Assembly: GCA_977017645.1 (NCBI GenBank)
Contig: OZ360236.1
Span: 35,092,001 to 35,156,000 of the forward strand
Direction of reading: 5' to 3'
DNA length: 64,000 nucleotides
From: Torpedo marmorata
Lineage: Eukaryota
Shown piece by piece: positions 50,241-62,869 of this stretch. Under the pieces are notes generated by a model. That model saw only the letters and a program-made list of their open reading frames with translations, was not told the DNA's origin and made no database searches. Both the position numbers and the translations under genes were made by a program. How positions within the stretch are numbered: the stretch's first letter is position 1; each line of letters opens with the position of its first letter.

Positions 50241-51835
50241 TCTAAAAATAACATAGCAATATTCATTCACCTTCACGTCCACAAAATCACCCTTCCTCCT
50301 TTAAAGTGAGATTTAGAGAAGAGGCAAGTTAATGTGCTGTAAATCTAGAACGTGAGGATGGACGGAATTTTATTGAAACTGCAAGGAGAAAGGGTGTGGT
50401 TCATCAAAATAAAAACCGTTGAAGGAGGCTCTTCTTTTAACACGGAAACGCGAGGCTGATTTCCATGCAGAAAACATCACATTTCCTTGCATTTTGACGT
50501 ATTAATTAGAAAACCCACTGTTATTTTGACTAGGGTATCCTCAACCCTTGCGTGTTTCTTTGTTTTACTGTGAGCCATTTATATTCCCTTTAAGCGTAAC
50601 TGTAATGAGCTCCTGGCTTTCTAGCTCAATAAGCAGAGTTTGGGCACCAATAAAGAGGATTTATTCAAAGGTTTTATACTAAATTGAACAAAATGTCAAC
50701 CATGAAAGAAAATCTAACATTTAACTCAAGCGTACCTGTTCATTGTGATGCTTTAACGTTCGTTAGGATATTCACCAGGACCAATGGACTTCATGAATGC
50801 GTTTGTCCACAGCTTCACAAAGATCATGCCAACTCTAAAATACTTGGATGCATCACAATGGAAATAGTTAAATACACTTCTATAATTGTCATTATAGTTA
50901 AATAGATCGGACATTGAATTCTTTCGGGATTTTCATAGATTACAACAAAGTTATCATTAAATGCATCATCGAAAGCTACTTTTAGTGCAACAATCATGTT
51001 CACAGAACGTTGCGTTCATAATCTTAGGACATACTGATGATTAATTATTAAGTAGCATCTCAAAAACGATACCTTTGCCCAAAAAAGGCACAGAGCCTTC
51101 TCCTGTACTGTAAGAGTTTTTAGACCAAGTATTCCATTTAAGTAGTTGTCCTGTGAAGATAGAACAAACGATTTAGTGTGGTTGAAGCATTTAAGGAATG
51201 GGAATCTATGATTAAAGATAATTAAAATACTCCATGTTTGCTGGTATGTACATAGAAAATTATTTGTCAGTGTAGGATATATTGCTCATGATTACCTTCA
51301 TTTTGGCCTTGTAGACTTAACTGACTATACCAACATGGTTACATTCAAAGAGCTCGAAGATAATTGAATTTACTGTCATGCGTATAAGGATATAATTAAA
51401 AGCTTTGTTTTGTGTGCTATCCAGACAAGTCAACCCATACTTAAGTATAGACAAAAATACAAAAGTGTAAAATCTAGTGTTACAAAGAAAAGTACAGTTA
51501 ATAGAATAATATTAATAATACTGATGGTGTTAGAGTCAGATTTAAGAGACTAGTGTTGTAGTGGATGTAAGGAGATGATCTGCTAGGAATCTGCTTGTAA
51601 AGAGTTGCCATGCTCTGGCATCATTTTTAAGCTTCCAAAATATAAATAATGAAACTATATTTTATTTTTTATGAATGTGCATTCTCTATCAATTTAAGTG
51701 ATGAAAGTTCTTTACAGATATGAGTAAGTTTACAGTTCATATGTCAATACTGTGAAAGGGAATTGATTGATCAAAATTCAATTATTTGCACATGCAGTCA
51801 CATTTATGTGACATTGACATTGGTTTAGTTTAAAG

Positions 51836-52099
51836 CAGCCATTCTCAACCTTTTTTTGGCTATGCCCCTTGAGGACTCTACTCCCAGTTTATGGGCCCCC
51901 TTCCCTGTGAAGCAGTCAAGTTTTGGTTTCTTCCATACCGACTACATAAAAAAACATAAAAAATATTAAATGTTACATGAGGTGGAAAGAAAACAAGGCT
52001 TTTACTTAAATGTACTCTGCCCGGGGGGGGGGGGGTCGGGGTGGGGGGGTGTCGGGGTTGAGGGGGGGGGGCGCGTAGAGCCCCAGTTGAGAATGGCTG
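51836..52099. mobile_element. hAT (Charlie-like) MITE
   Basis: TIRs CAGCCATTCTCAAC / GTTGAGAATGGCTG and an 8-bp TSD GTTTAAAG / CTTTAAAG. Confidence 0.88.
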
Positions 52100-52674
52100 C
52101 TTTAAAGTGTAATTGCAAAACTCACTGAAGTTTTAATATTGTATGGAACATTGTTGCTATTCATTTGTACAAATTTAACTACTTAGATGAATTATAACTA
52201 CAAGATCGTGATGACTGATTAGGTGAATTCTGTTACATTTTTAGGATGCTGATTTTCCACCACTTTTAGTTGTTTTGAGTAGATATATGTACATTCAAAG
52301 ATTCTGCGCTGACCCATTGCACAAAAGCTGAGTGATGTGAAATCCCTCCAGTCCACATGAACAATCTTCCGTCTGCAGTGTGAGACTCCATAGCATCAGA
52401 TTTCTCTTGGTCTGTGGAGGGAAACTCCCATTAATCTGGAATGAATTAAGGGTTTAAATATCTTCTCTATTTTGCTGGATGTTCATAATTTTATAAATTC
52501 AGTTTTAAATCTTTTTATTGCTATGTTAAAATGGATTCCATTGTCCACACTCTACAGACATTAAAAATTTATTGCTGGAATCCAGAGAATTCTTGGCTTG
52601 TTGGTGAATTGTGACTCATGCACAGGTGTTGTGCAGCTTTGAGTTTCATACCAGTGGTATGATATAAATAAATG

Positions 52675-52800
52675 TGAAAAGGCTTCCATTTAGATAACAC
52701 TCTTCACATTCATAGGACTTTCTGAAGAACTTTACAGCCTTTACAGTACTTTTGATGCATAGATTCTGTTGTAATGAAAACAAAGACTACTGTTGACACT
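52675..52800 (-). mobile_element. Deu-SINE/L2-type 3' tail relic
   Basis: CTTTACAGCCTTTACAGTACTTTTGA..TGTTGTAATG resembles the reverse of the SacSINE1-like tail. Confidence 0.5.
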
Positions 52801-53669
52801 CTGTTTCTGATATGACAAACTGGATAGCTATTAATTTGAAAAAAAAATAGCCTTTATGTTCATTATGTCACTACAGGTTTTCTGTATCATATGAACAGAT
52901 GTTAATTGTTTTAGCCTGTGAAGTGTACAGTCTCAGAGTATAAACATACAATCAAAATGTGTAAAGGCAGTCCTGTGGTAAATACATGGTAATGGAAAAG
53001 AACTGGGGTAAGCAGACTCCGAAACATCTTGGGAATTATTATAATATAAAAAAAACAATTGATTCCTAAGCTATGGCCCACATTTTCAGGCATGAATATG
53101 ATACAAAAAGGAAAAAATGGGTCATAATCACACCTGGTTTCTGAAAGGAAAATAGATGCAAGAATGACCATTTTTAAACTGGGCTTGGATGATATTGAAA
53201 CTTCCAGAGCATCTGCCTGAAATAAGAATTAGTCTCCTTGTTTTAGGATTCCTGAGTTCCATGATTGGGTGTTGGACCTGTTCCTCCCACATCTTGTACC
53301 ATGGATGTTGACTGACCAGTAAGTGCCCTTCAAACACCAACGCTTAATATTTTTCATTGAATGTAAGAAGGTTAGGGGAGTACCTCCCAGCTCCACGGTG
53401 CTTAGATTGACTGCTCCATGATGTGATTGTCCAGCTTCTGCTATCCACCTCCTAACGTGCTCAGTGAGGGAAACGGTACCAAATCTAATCCTCTTGTGGG
53501 TCAGGCTGCCCATATAGGCAGATGGAGCTCATCCAGAAGACAAAAGTTTGGACAGAAGTGTAGATTTGGTCTGGACTTGGATCTTTTGATTTGGGTTTAG
53601 ACACATTGCTTTCACTGCAGCTTAGGCAGAATTTAGTTTACAACATTAATTTATCTAAATGTATATATT

Positions 53670-54840
53670 ATTTAGGAGTTGGTCACATGGTCATTCAAAC
53701 CTATTCAGCAATTTAAACAGACCACGGTGGATCTGACTGTAACCTTTGCTCTACATTTGTGTCTGCCCCTAGCAAACTACTACATCCTTGCCTTTCAAAT
53801 ATCTATCTCCCTTTGCCTATAAAAATATTCAAAGACCCCCTGGTTCCACTGGTCTTTGAAGAAGATAGATCCAAAAACTAACAATTGCTTGAGAGAAGAA
53901 AAATCAAGTCAAGTCAAGTTTATTGTCATCTAATTGCACAAGTACAACCTGATGAAACAGCGTTCTCCGGTCCTTGATGCCAAACACACAGACACACAAC
54001 CAGACATAACACACATGCAGACAGACAATACATATGCAGGACAAGTATTCACATATACAAATAAATAAGTAGTTTTGTCAGTATGAGATTCTCGGATGGT
54101 TAATGTGAGCAGTTCCTTTGGTCATTCAGCATTCTCACTGCCCTTGGGAAGAAGAATCACCTCATCTCTCTTACATTTTAAACAGTAAACCCAAATTTTA
54201 AAATCTACCACAAAAACAATATATCCTCTTTACATTCATTGTCAACAGCCCTCAGTGTTAGTCTATCCAACCTTTCCCCAGAAGACAACTTGGCCATTGT
54301 GGACATTACTTTAGTAAACCTTTTCTCAACTGTGTCCAACATGTTGACAGCTTTTCTTAAATAAGGAGATCAATATTTTACATAGTAATCCAGTTATTGT
54401 CCCTCCAATGCCCTCTAGAAGCAAAACTTCCCTACTTCTGTTTCCCTTTGCCATACCAATAACCAAATAACATCCTGTTAGCTTTCCTAATAGCTCATGG
54501 TAACCTGCATATTAGCCTTTAAGCCAATCACTAAAACACCCAGAATCCCTGCATCTTGTTCTTACATCTCTCACCATTTCGATATTATGCTTTTTTTAAA
54601 TGTTTCCTGCCAAAATGAACAGAGTTTCACTTTTTTCCATATGATACTCAATTTGCCCACTCACAATCTAGCTATATCTGCTTATGATCTCTTCACAACT
54701 TACTTCCCTGCTTTTCTCAGTATCATCACAAAATTTAGCAACTATACAATTGGTGGCTTCCTCCAAATCATTGATATAAAGTGTAAAAATTTGAGACCCC
54801 AGCATGGTACACGACTTGTCATATCTCCCCAATCAGTAAA
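53670..54840 (-). mobile_element. Old CR1 fragment with a nested Rex/L2-type 3' tail (53904-54152)
   Basis: Decayed CR1 3' region. The insert begins (CAAGT)n-TTATTGTCAT, which is ATGACAATAA-(ACTTG)n on the minus strand. Confidence 0.6.
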
Positions 54841-55657
54841 TGCCTATTTTTTTTGTTCCTATATATTATTTATTTTTAGTATCTGATACAATGCAAACCA
54901 GAACAGCGGTTCTGTGGTCACTTTGTAAGCAACTAAATCGATTTCTTCACCCAGTACAGCATGAGTGAAAAGGGAAAACAGACATCAGGACTTTAAAAAA
55001 AAAACGTTTTAAGGTTGAGTAGAAATCCAACAGTATGGAGAGGAGATTAAGCCACCAGATTACTTTATGATGTCAAAAAGTTCAACTAACCCTGTTCTGG
55101 ATCATTTAAGTCTGGGTTAACATGCAAGCGTGCATAGAGAAGTGCGCAACAGAGTTGTTGCAGTTCATAAGTTGCCTAAACTGCCATGGCAGCTTTAAGA
55201 CTGACTTGACTTCATGGTAATTAAATGTAACTCAAGTAAGATCTTACAGAACCGTTACTACCTCAGGAAATTATTCTTATGAAGGTCATCAACATGAAGC
55301 ATTTCCTTAGATTCAGCTGAACTTGATGTGTTTCCCCAGCATTTCTGCTTTTATTCAGCTCTTCTTGCCTGGACTAGCTTATGGGCTTTCTAGCAGTTCT
55401 ACCTTTTGCTTTTCTCAAGATAAATTCAATTTTACTGCTATCACCTGCCCCCAGTTATGCTCTTTTTAACGTCACTATTCATGTTTTGTGGAAGCTATAA
55501 CCAATCTAACATCTATGTCCAATTACAGAAATATATTCCATGTTGTGGTATTTCTTTCAAGTCAAACATTTCTTCTCTGCTCCGTTTTTATGTAACCAAT
55601 GTTTCGACTTCCATTTATCAAACAATAGAAATGAACTGTTCATGCAGTGTCCATTTT

Positions 55658-55910
55658 TAAAGGTAAAGGTAAAGTAAAGGTAAAGGTTCCATTATTGTCA
55701 CGTAATACTACATTTAGAATGTAACATACATGAAATTCTTTAATTTTTGTCTACCGTAAGGCAGGCAGAGGGTCGCTGCTTTGTCCAGCGCCCCTCACAG
55801 AAACCTACAGCACCTGGTGTACCTTGGTGGTCTCCCCTCCAAGTACTGACCAGTCCTGTGCCTGCTGAGCTTCTGAGATCAGACAATCCCAGTCGTATTC
55901 AGGCTATTGG
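55658..55910 (-). mobile_element. 5S rRNA-derived SINE (SINE3-type), near full length
   Basis: Minus-strand head (55910-55801) GTCTGATCTCAGAAGCTCAGCAGG..CTGGTCAGTACTTGGAGGGGAGACC..CCAGGTGCTGTAGG is a diverged 5S with A/IE/C boxes. It is followed by a ~115-bp LINE-like tail ending GTGACAATAATGGAA(CCTTTA)n. Confidence 0.88.
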
Positions 55911-56374
55911 TTAATCATTTAGATAACATTTATAAAGTCATTTCTTGGACTTTTCTATTGAAAATAATACAAATGTCATTGGCTTTTGCTTTCTACCCTT
56001 TTCGTCATAATAAACCTAAATTTCACCCTCTAGTGAATAGCTTAAAACTGCACATAATGTTCCAGATGTAGTGAGGTGAGGTGAGGTTGATCACATTATG
56101 TACTGTCTTCACAATTTCTTTGCTTTTGTCCTAAGTACACAAAGGATTATATTGATGGCACAATGGAATAGCATCTCGAGCCGCGGCCTGACAGCTGCAG
56201 TTAACCCTGACCTCAGGCTCCCTCTGTATGAAGTTTACACATTTTCTCTGTCACCAAGTGAGTTCCCTCCAGTTTCCTCTCACATGCCAAAAATATGAAG
56301 GTTGTTTGCTTAATTGACTCCTGTAAATTGCCCCTACTGTGTAAAATCTGAGGGAAATTGATGAAAATGTGGGC

Positions 56375-56617
56375 AAATTTTAAATTTAAATTTAGACATA
56401 CAGGCCCTTCCAGCCCAGGAGCCCGTGCTGCCCAATTACACCCAATTGACCTACAACTCACGTATGTTTTGAAAGGTGGGAGGAAACTGGAGCGCCCAGA
56501 GGAAACCCATGCAGACACAGGGAGAACATGCAAACTCCTTACAGAGAGCGCCGGATTCGAACCCGGGTTGCTGGCACTGCAACAGCGTTGTGCTAACCGC
56601 TATGCTAACTGTGCCGC
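56375..56617 (-). mobile_element. Full-length V-SINE (an older decayed plus-strand copy lies at ~56150-56360)
   Basis: Reverse-complement match to 11997-12260. Confidence 0.88.
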
Positions 56618-56835
56618 AAATTAAAATGGATTACAGTCAGATTCGCCTAACATTCATGCTTGCTGGTTGACATGGATTCAATGGGCTGAAGGGCATGGTT
56701 GTATGATGTATCTCTTTACACATGCACTGGTGAGATCTGCATGTTAGAGTGCACATTTTGCCCTAAATGCTTTACCTGTTCACAAGTGAAGGAGACATTG
56801 CACAGAGACTGATTAAAAAAAAATGTAAAAGACTA

Positions 56836-57642
56836 AAAAAAATGGTGGCACAGACAGAGCTGCTGCTGGTGCAGACCCGGGAGAGCAGAGAGTGGAGACA
56901 CAGCTCAGCTCTGAAGGGCTCAACCGCCCAGTCCTAATGCTGATGGCTCCATACAGGATTTAAATGGCCTGTTAAAAGGAGCCAATGGTGGTTGTAAGTA
57001 AAATCCTGCAACTGCAAGGTCTTGTACCCAAGATGGCGGTGCCTGTGCTCGACAGCAGCCTTGAGGGGTTGCAGAATCTAGGGGAGCAGCGGACCGGCAC
57101 AGGGCACCAGAAACAGGGAGAACACCCCCCATTGAGAAGGAGAAGTAGAGAAGATGACCCTAGAGGGAAGGTGACCATAGCAGTGGACCAGCGAGGGGCT
57201 CAGCGGCTGAGGGACCTACACAGGCTGTGGGGCTGTTGGCGACTTGTGGTCATGGGACCCAGAGGGGCTGCGGGCTGCTGGCGACTGGCTCATGGGTGCC
57301 AAGTATCGGCACCGGGATTCGAGAGGGTGCTGAGGGCAAGAAGGGCCCCTGAAGGGCCTCAGGCACTGAAGGCCTCCTGATCGTGTGGGAGGTTTGGATC
57401 TGGAGCTCGGGATCAAACAGGAGTCTGTGCGGCTGCAAAGGCTGCGGGAGCGCTGGAGGTGAATCTATGGAAACTCAATGACTCTGAAGGGACTGCCTTT
57501 TGCTTCTCTTTCTCTCCAACTGTAAAGGGTGCCGGGCAATACTAATAGTGACTCTTTGTCTGCCTTAAGGCAGGCAGAAGGCAATTTAGTGTAATATTAC
57601 ATGTTCTGTACTATTACATGACAATAAAGGAATCTTGAATCT
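56836..57642 (+). mobile_element. Family-A GC-rich non-autonomous retroposon
   Basis: Colinear with 9764-10521; tail CATGACAATAAAGGAATCTTGAATC. Confidence 0.78.
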
Positions 57643-57654
57643 GAAAGACAGTAG

Positions 57655-59277
57655 GTGGGACTTCCAGTTGGGCTGTGAGATGGAGCAGATGTCCTTATCA
57701 GAGCTCTACACCTTCAGTATACTTTTTCCCCTGTTTACTTTTCTTTAAACTTTCGAAGTGGTGTCGAATTGAACATTCTATATTTGAAATGGATACAAGA
57801 GCTGGAAAGATTGCTAAAAGTGGAAAAAATGGAAAGAAACAAGAAACTCCACCTATTCCACTGGCAAGCCCGATTACTGAGGGCTCCTCCGATGTACTTG
57901 AACAAATTAAAGAATCTATTGATGCAGGATTTAAATGTCTAGATGAAAGGCTTTTGGCACTGGAAAATCGATTTGCACAGGTCTGTCATTCTACAGAAGA
58001 ACAAGGTGAGCGTTTGACCATAGCAGAATCTGTTTTAGAGAAATTGAACGACCGGGTCCGCCACCTGGAAGACAATAACGAGAGACTAACAATGAGAATT
58101 ATCGATTTGGAAAGTCAAAGTAGGCGGCAGAACCTGCGCATTGCAGGCTTGGCTGAAGATACTGAGACTGGTATGCTTATAAAATGTTTCTCTGATTTAT
58201 TGGCAACGATGTTTGGAGATGTTATTTTCGACACCACCGGAGCTCGATGCCTTCTCGTAAAAGTTTAATATCTATTATTTATGAGAAATTGTTATGTTTA
58301 AATCAGACTTCGTTAGTTAAAATCAAAAATGCTTGGGAACAGGATTTAAATTTGACTATATCGGATGTGGATTGGGACACAATTCTTAAGTTGGTTAATA
58401 GCTCTTTGTTATGTGCTCGCCATTGTTTATTACAATTTAAAGTGGTACATAGAGCATAAGGCTAAATTGTCTCATTTTTATTCCGATATGAGTCCCTGGT
58501 GTGACAGGTGTAAGAGCGGAGAAGCGTCATTAATTCATATGTTCTGGACTTGTCCTAGTCTAGAAAAATACTGGAGAGAGGTTTTCCATACTCTTTTAAA
58601 AATTTTTAATATAGATTTAACACCGAACCCTTCGGTGGTCCTCTTCGGTACAATGGGAGGGAATGATTCTTCTTTGTCTCTGGTTCAGAGTCGTGCTATT
58701 TCTTTCGCCTCTCTTTTGGTGAGGCGTGCGATTTTACTTAAATGGAAGCATGCTGCCCCGCCTACTCATGATCAGTGGTTGCGTGACATCATGTCTTGTT
58801 TGAATATGGAAAAGATTCATTATTCAATTAATAATTCAGATATAAGATTTCAGAGGTGATGGGGGCCATTTATGACTCACTATCTTAATTTATAATTTCA
58901 TTTCAATGTAATTAAATTGTCTGACTTGTATCTTTTCCACGTTCTTTTTATTTACATTTTTTACCTTTGTTTTTCCTTTAATACTAATCATATATAGCAT
59001 CTGGCAAAACGGTTAGGCAAGGGTTTTGAATTTTTCTCCTTTACTATTTTCTTCTTTCTTTTTTTTTGTGTTATTAGAGGTTTTTTTCTCAAAAAAAAGA
59101 TATATATCATTTAGAACATGAACTATGGATATGATTTATAATTCATGTATGCTTTTGTTATACTGAATGTCTTATTTAGTTTGTGTAACTATCCATATCA
59201 TCTTATCGAATTGCATTTTTTTTGTGTGTATAGGTTCTTTATTAAAGTCAATAAAAATATATTAAAAAGAAAAAAAA
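57655..59277 (+). mobile_element. Bipartite/internally deleted L1: 5' UTR and ORF1 N-terminal half joined to the ORF2 C-terminus and polyA
   Basis: GGACTTCC start. ORF1 from ATG 57789 has a coiled coil and DLESQSRRQNLRIAGLAE. Switch at ~58247 to AWEQDL..LLQFKVVHR..CDRC..SLIHMFWTC. AATAAA and A-tail. TSD GAAAG(A/G)CAGTAG at 57643-57654 and 59278-59289. Confidence 0.88.
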
Positions 59278-59344
59278 GAAAGGCAGTAGCTGTCTCCACC
59301 TGAAGTCACTGAAGAAATACACGTCATTAAGTTAATCAGAAATA

Positions 59345-59848
59345 CTGTATATACTCGTGTAATTGTCAATACCATGTAATAGTTGACCCCCCCCCTTTTT
59401 TGACCCAAAAATCGTGTGTTTTCATATGATCCGTGTAAAAGTCGATCTCCCCTTTCTTGGCCCCGACCACCCGCCCATCCATGCTCCTGACGCCCCGGCC
59501 ACAAGCCCTCATCTCGGTCGCCTGCCCATCCAAGCTCCCGACGCCCTGACCACCCGCCCATATGAGCTCCTGATGCCCCGACCACGGATCCTCTCCCCGG
59601 CTGCCCGTACGCCGGCACTCCTGACGCCCCAACCGTCGACCCTTGCCCTGGCCACCCTCCGACCGGAGCTCCCGACGCCCCGAACGCAGACTCACCACCC
59701 GGTCCCGGCCACCCGAGCTCCCGACGCCTTGAATGATGCAGGTACTAACTGCGGTCAAAAGTATGACCCATGGAAAATTCGACCCCCCTCCCAAATATGA
59801 CCCGACAAATTGGTCCAAAAAATTCGACAATTACACGAGTATATACGA
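59345..59848. mobile_element. pogo/Tigger-like MITE with an internal GC-rich minisatellite
   Basis: TA-CTGTATATACTCGTGTAATTGTC ... GACAATTACACGAGTATATACGA-TA, with repeated GCTCC(C/T)GACGCCCCG units at ~59460-59730. Confidence 0.85.
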
Positions 59849-62800
59849 TATGTCTGCCAATAAATAAAGAATGCTTATTCATCCAAATGAAAACACACTT
59901 AGATCTAAAGCATATAGACCAATAGATACAAATAGAGTCTTATAGTTTTAAAAACCTATCAAATAAAAAAAATAGTTCCTGTAATTTTTGATGAGGCCAA
60001 GCTGCACTTCCATAGGAATGATGGGTAGTGGTTAGCAAATAATCGAGTGTGTTATGCCACCTCAGTTATTGTGGGTGGTGCAGTGTTTGCATTTGCTGAC
60101 CATGAGGTCTTGCAGGCCTCAGGCTGCGAGTCGCAAGGTGGAGCATGCTGGATGTACCCACTCAATTCTGATGAGGGATGGATTGTGGGGTAGTGTGAGT
60201 GGGGGAGGTTCAGCCCTTTTGGTTTTCAGTGGTATGGATTTAACTCTAAAGTCTCAACTGCCCTGGTGATTTCCATAAATCATTGGAGATTACAGTCAAA
60301 TCTGGAGAGTTTCCCAGTATGAATATCAATCTTGCAACCCAATGAAGCTGGGCATGGTCTGGAAGGAGCCCGCCACCAGTTGAGGCATGGATCAGTCATG
60401 AGTGAATTGTGTTACAAATTCCCAAAGTTGAGTAAGCTACTCCTTTTCCTACAATCCTGGTCAGAGCACACATGGTACTCTCTGGGCATACCTGACTCCA
60501 AGAAATTGGAATTTTACGTATGCAATTAAATAATATTGTTCCTGACTCATGGAAATATTCCTGGCTGCTCAGTATTAAGCTGAATTGTTCTGCAAAACAT
60601 TTCCCAAATTTGAGTTGATGTCCGTTCCTATTTTCAGGACAGGAGTCCTGACGATTCATCCCTCCAGCTCACTGCAGTGCCAAAGTTGTGCATAAACTCC
60701 TGCAGAAAATGTTTAGAACCTTGCAAATGCATGTTTGCAATATGAATAAAACTAAATTTCATTTTGATAATTAGTACAGCATTATGTATTGCACTCTTTG
60801 GGAAACCATATCCATGGTAACTGAAATAAAATGTCAAGTAGAAAAAGAATATGTAGAAAATGAACATTTTGGTTGTATATGTACTCTTGTGGGGAAAGAA
60901 CAAGCTTCACCTGCGAATTCCTGAATAAACTGTCAATCAACAATTTAAAGAAATGTATGACATTCTATCATTAGGAAATAATTGGTTCATCTTGTGCATT
61001 TTGTTTAATTACAATAATCCTTATGAGCATTTCTTTCCATAATCAACTGAAAAGCTTATTAAGTGTATCAAAAGCATTGGAAGATGTTAGTAGAAGTAAT
61101 TAACTCACCATAAGAGAATCTAGAAGTCATAGCACAGAAGAGGTCATTCACTCCATCATGGCTGTGGAGGATTCAGTTGTTCAAACGCTTACTCTGATCT
61201 CAGTTTACAGCTCTTCCCATACACTTTAATATTGACGTTTCCTAAGCGTTCTGGTGAACCTCAAATGCTTCTATCAAACATGGCATAAAAATGTCTTTAT
61301 TTTCCATTTTTCAGATAATCCTCAGAATGTATGCAGTTTTTTTTCTTATGTGCCAACCAGTGAAAATGTTATTTAAAACCTAGCTCATCAAAACATCTCA
61401 TAAATTTGAAAATCCCAGTTAGATCCCTCTTAATCTGATCTATTTTAGAGCAACAAAAAAATCTGCATGCTCTTAGAATTCCTGAAATATATCTGGCCCA
61501 TGCATCATTGTCTCTTTTAAATAAGGACATTATTACCGTGAGTTATGTTCAACCCATTTCCCTTCACAAAAGAATCAGAAATAACCAAACATTTAAAAAA
61601 TGCACTCTTAACTGTTAGAAAATATTCTTTTGTTAAATCATTTCAAATGATTAAAGAACCCTTTCCTTTTGGTTTGATTCTAGAATGCTCATCTTCACTC
61701 CAGTAGCAGAGGGCTAACATGGATAGGGAGAATTAAAAACAGAATGATCTCCAACAAAGTAGGAGAATCTGAAATGATTTTTATCACAAACTTCATTGAC
61801 AATGCTACCTTTAAAGTAATTCTCATTTCAAGGGCATACAAAGACAAGAGGATAGAATTGGCACAAGCTCATCTCACCAACATTTCTAATATTAAGTGTG
61901 TTTTGTGGATAATATGTATCAGCGGTTCACACTCCCCCAGGCCCCAGAAGCTATCAAATTCATAGTTCTTTGTATGTCTCTGATTCCATTTTCTAACAAT
62001 GACACATTGGGAATGGCAGCAGCTGGTATAACCTGATGGGAGGTTTAAAAACACACAATGTTTTAGGGGCATTGAGGATCATTTTAGTCTAATGCCAGGA
62101 TCAGGAAAAATACAGGTTTCACAACTTACTCATGATCACTTGCCAATGGAGAATAAATCTTAAGGGTTTGCAGAAGCATTTTCCTGACGGTGATGTTAAA
62201 ATTACCACATATCAACAGCAGATGCACGAAATCCATTTGTATTTCACCAGGAGATATGACCTTGTTACTCCACAGAATCTGACATGTTTTATATTCAGAC
62301 CTAAGCTCTAACTCATATGAAAATAGCAAGAGTTTAAAAATTCTGTGGCTTAAACTGATAAGAGTTAGACTGTGGTAAGATGTTTATTAAATCTAAATTG
62401 GCTGATATGTGTAATATTATTTTGTTCACCTATTGCGTTAGCTTGAAAGAGTGATAGCTTGTTGAGTCTTTCTTTCCTGCAAATTGCCTGGATTTATTGG
62501 CCTAGATTTCCAATCGGGCATGAAAACCTAGGTGAGTATACAACTGGAAGGGGTCCTGGTGACGTTAGTATGTGAGGTTTGTATGGACTACAAAGTACCC
62601 ACAATGTGCCAATAGTGATATTCTCCTATTAGTGCACACTAAGTGAAATTAATCTCAGGCATTTGTATGCCAGGTGAATATAATCTATCCTGATTTATCT
62701 CATGCTTACATCTCCAAAAGAGGAGGTGAGGACTGAATTTAACTCCTGCTTATTAACAATAACTACAAGTTATTGCACAGGCTGGAGACACAAGCCCAGG

Positions 62801-62869
62801 GGGATACTCCATTTTATGGACATTGGCCTTGAGATCCCAGTGGAATAGGTGTCAGTGCCAAATGTGCCA

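Noticed and set aside
55801-55910. 5S rRNA gene
   Set aside because: Diverged, 5'-incomplete, not in a tandem array and fused to a retroposon tail, so it is a SINE head.
59460-59730. CRISPR-like repeat array
   Set aside because: Degenerate minisatellite inside a TA-flanked MITE in eukaryotic DNA; no unique spacers or cas genes.
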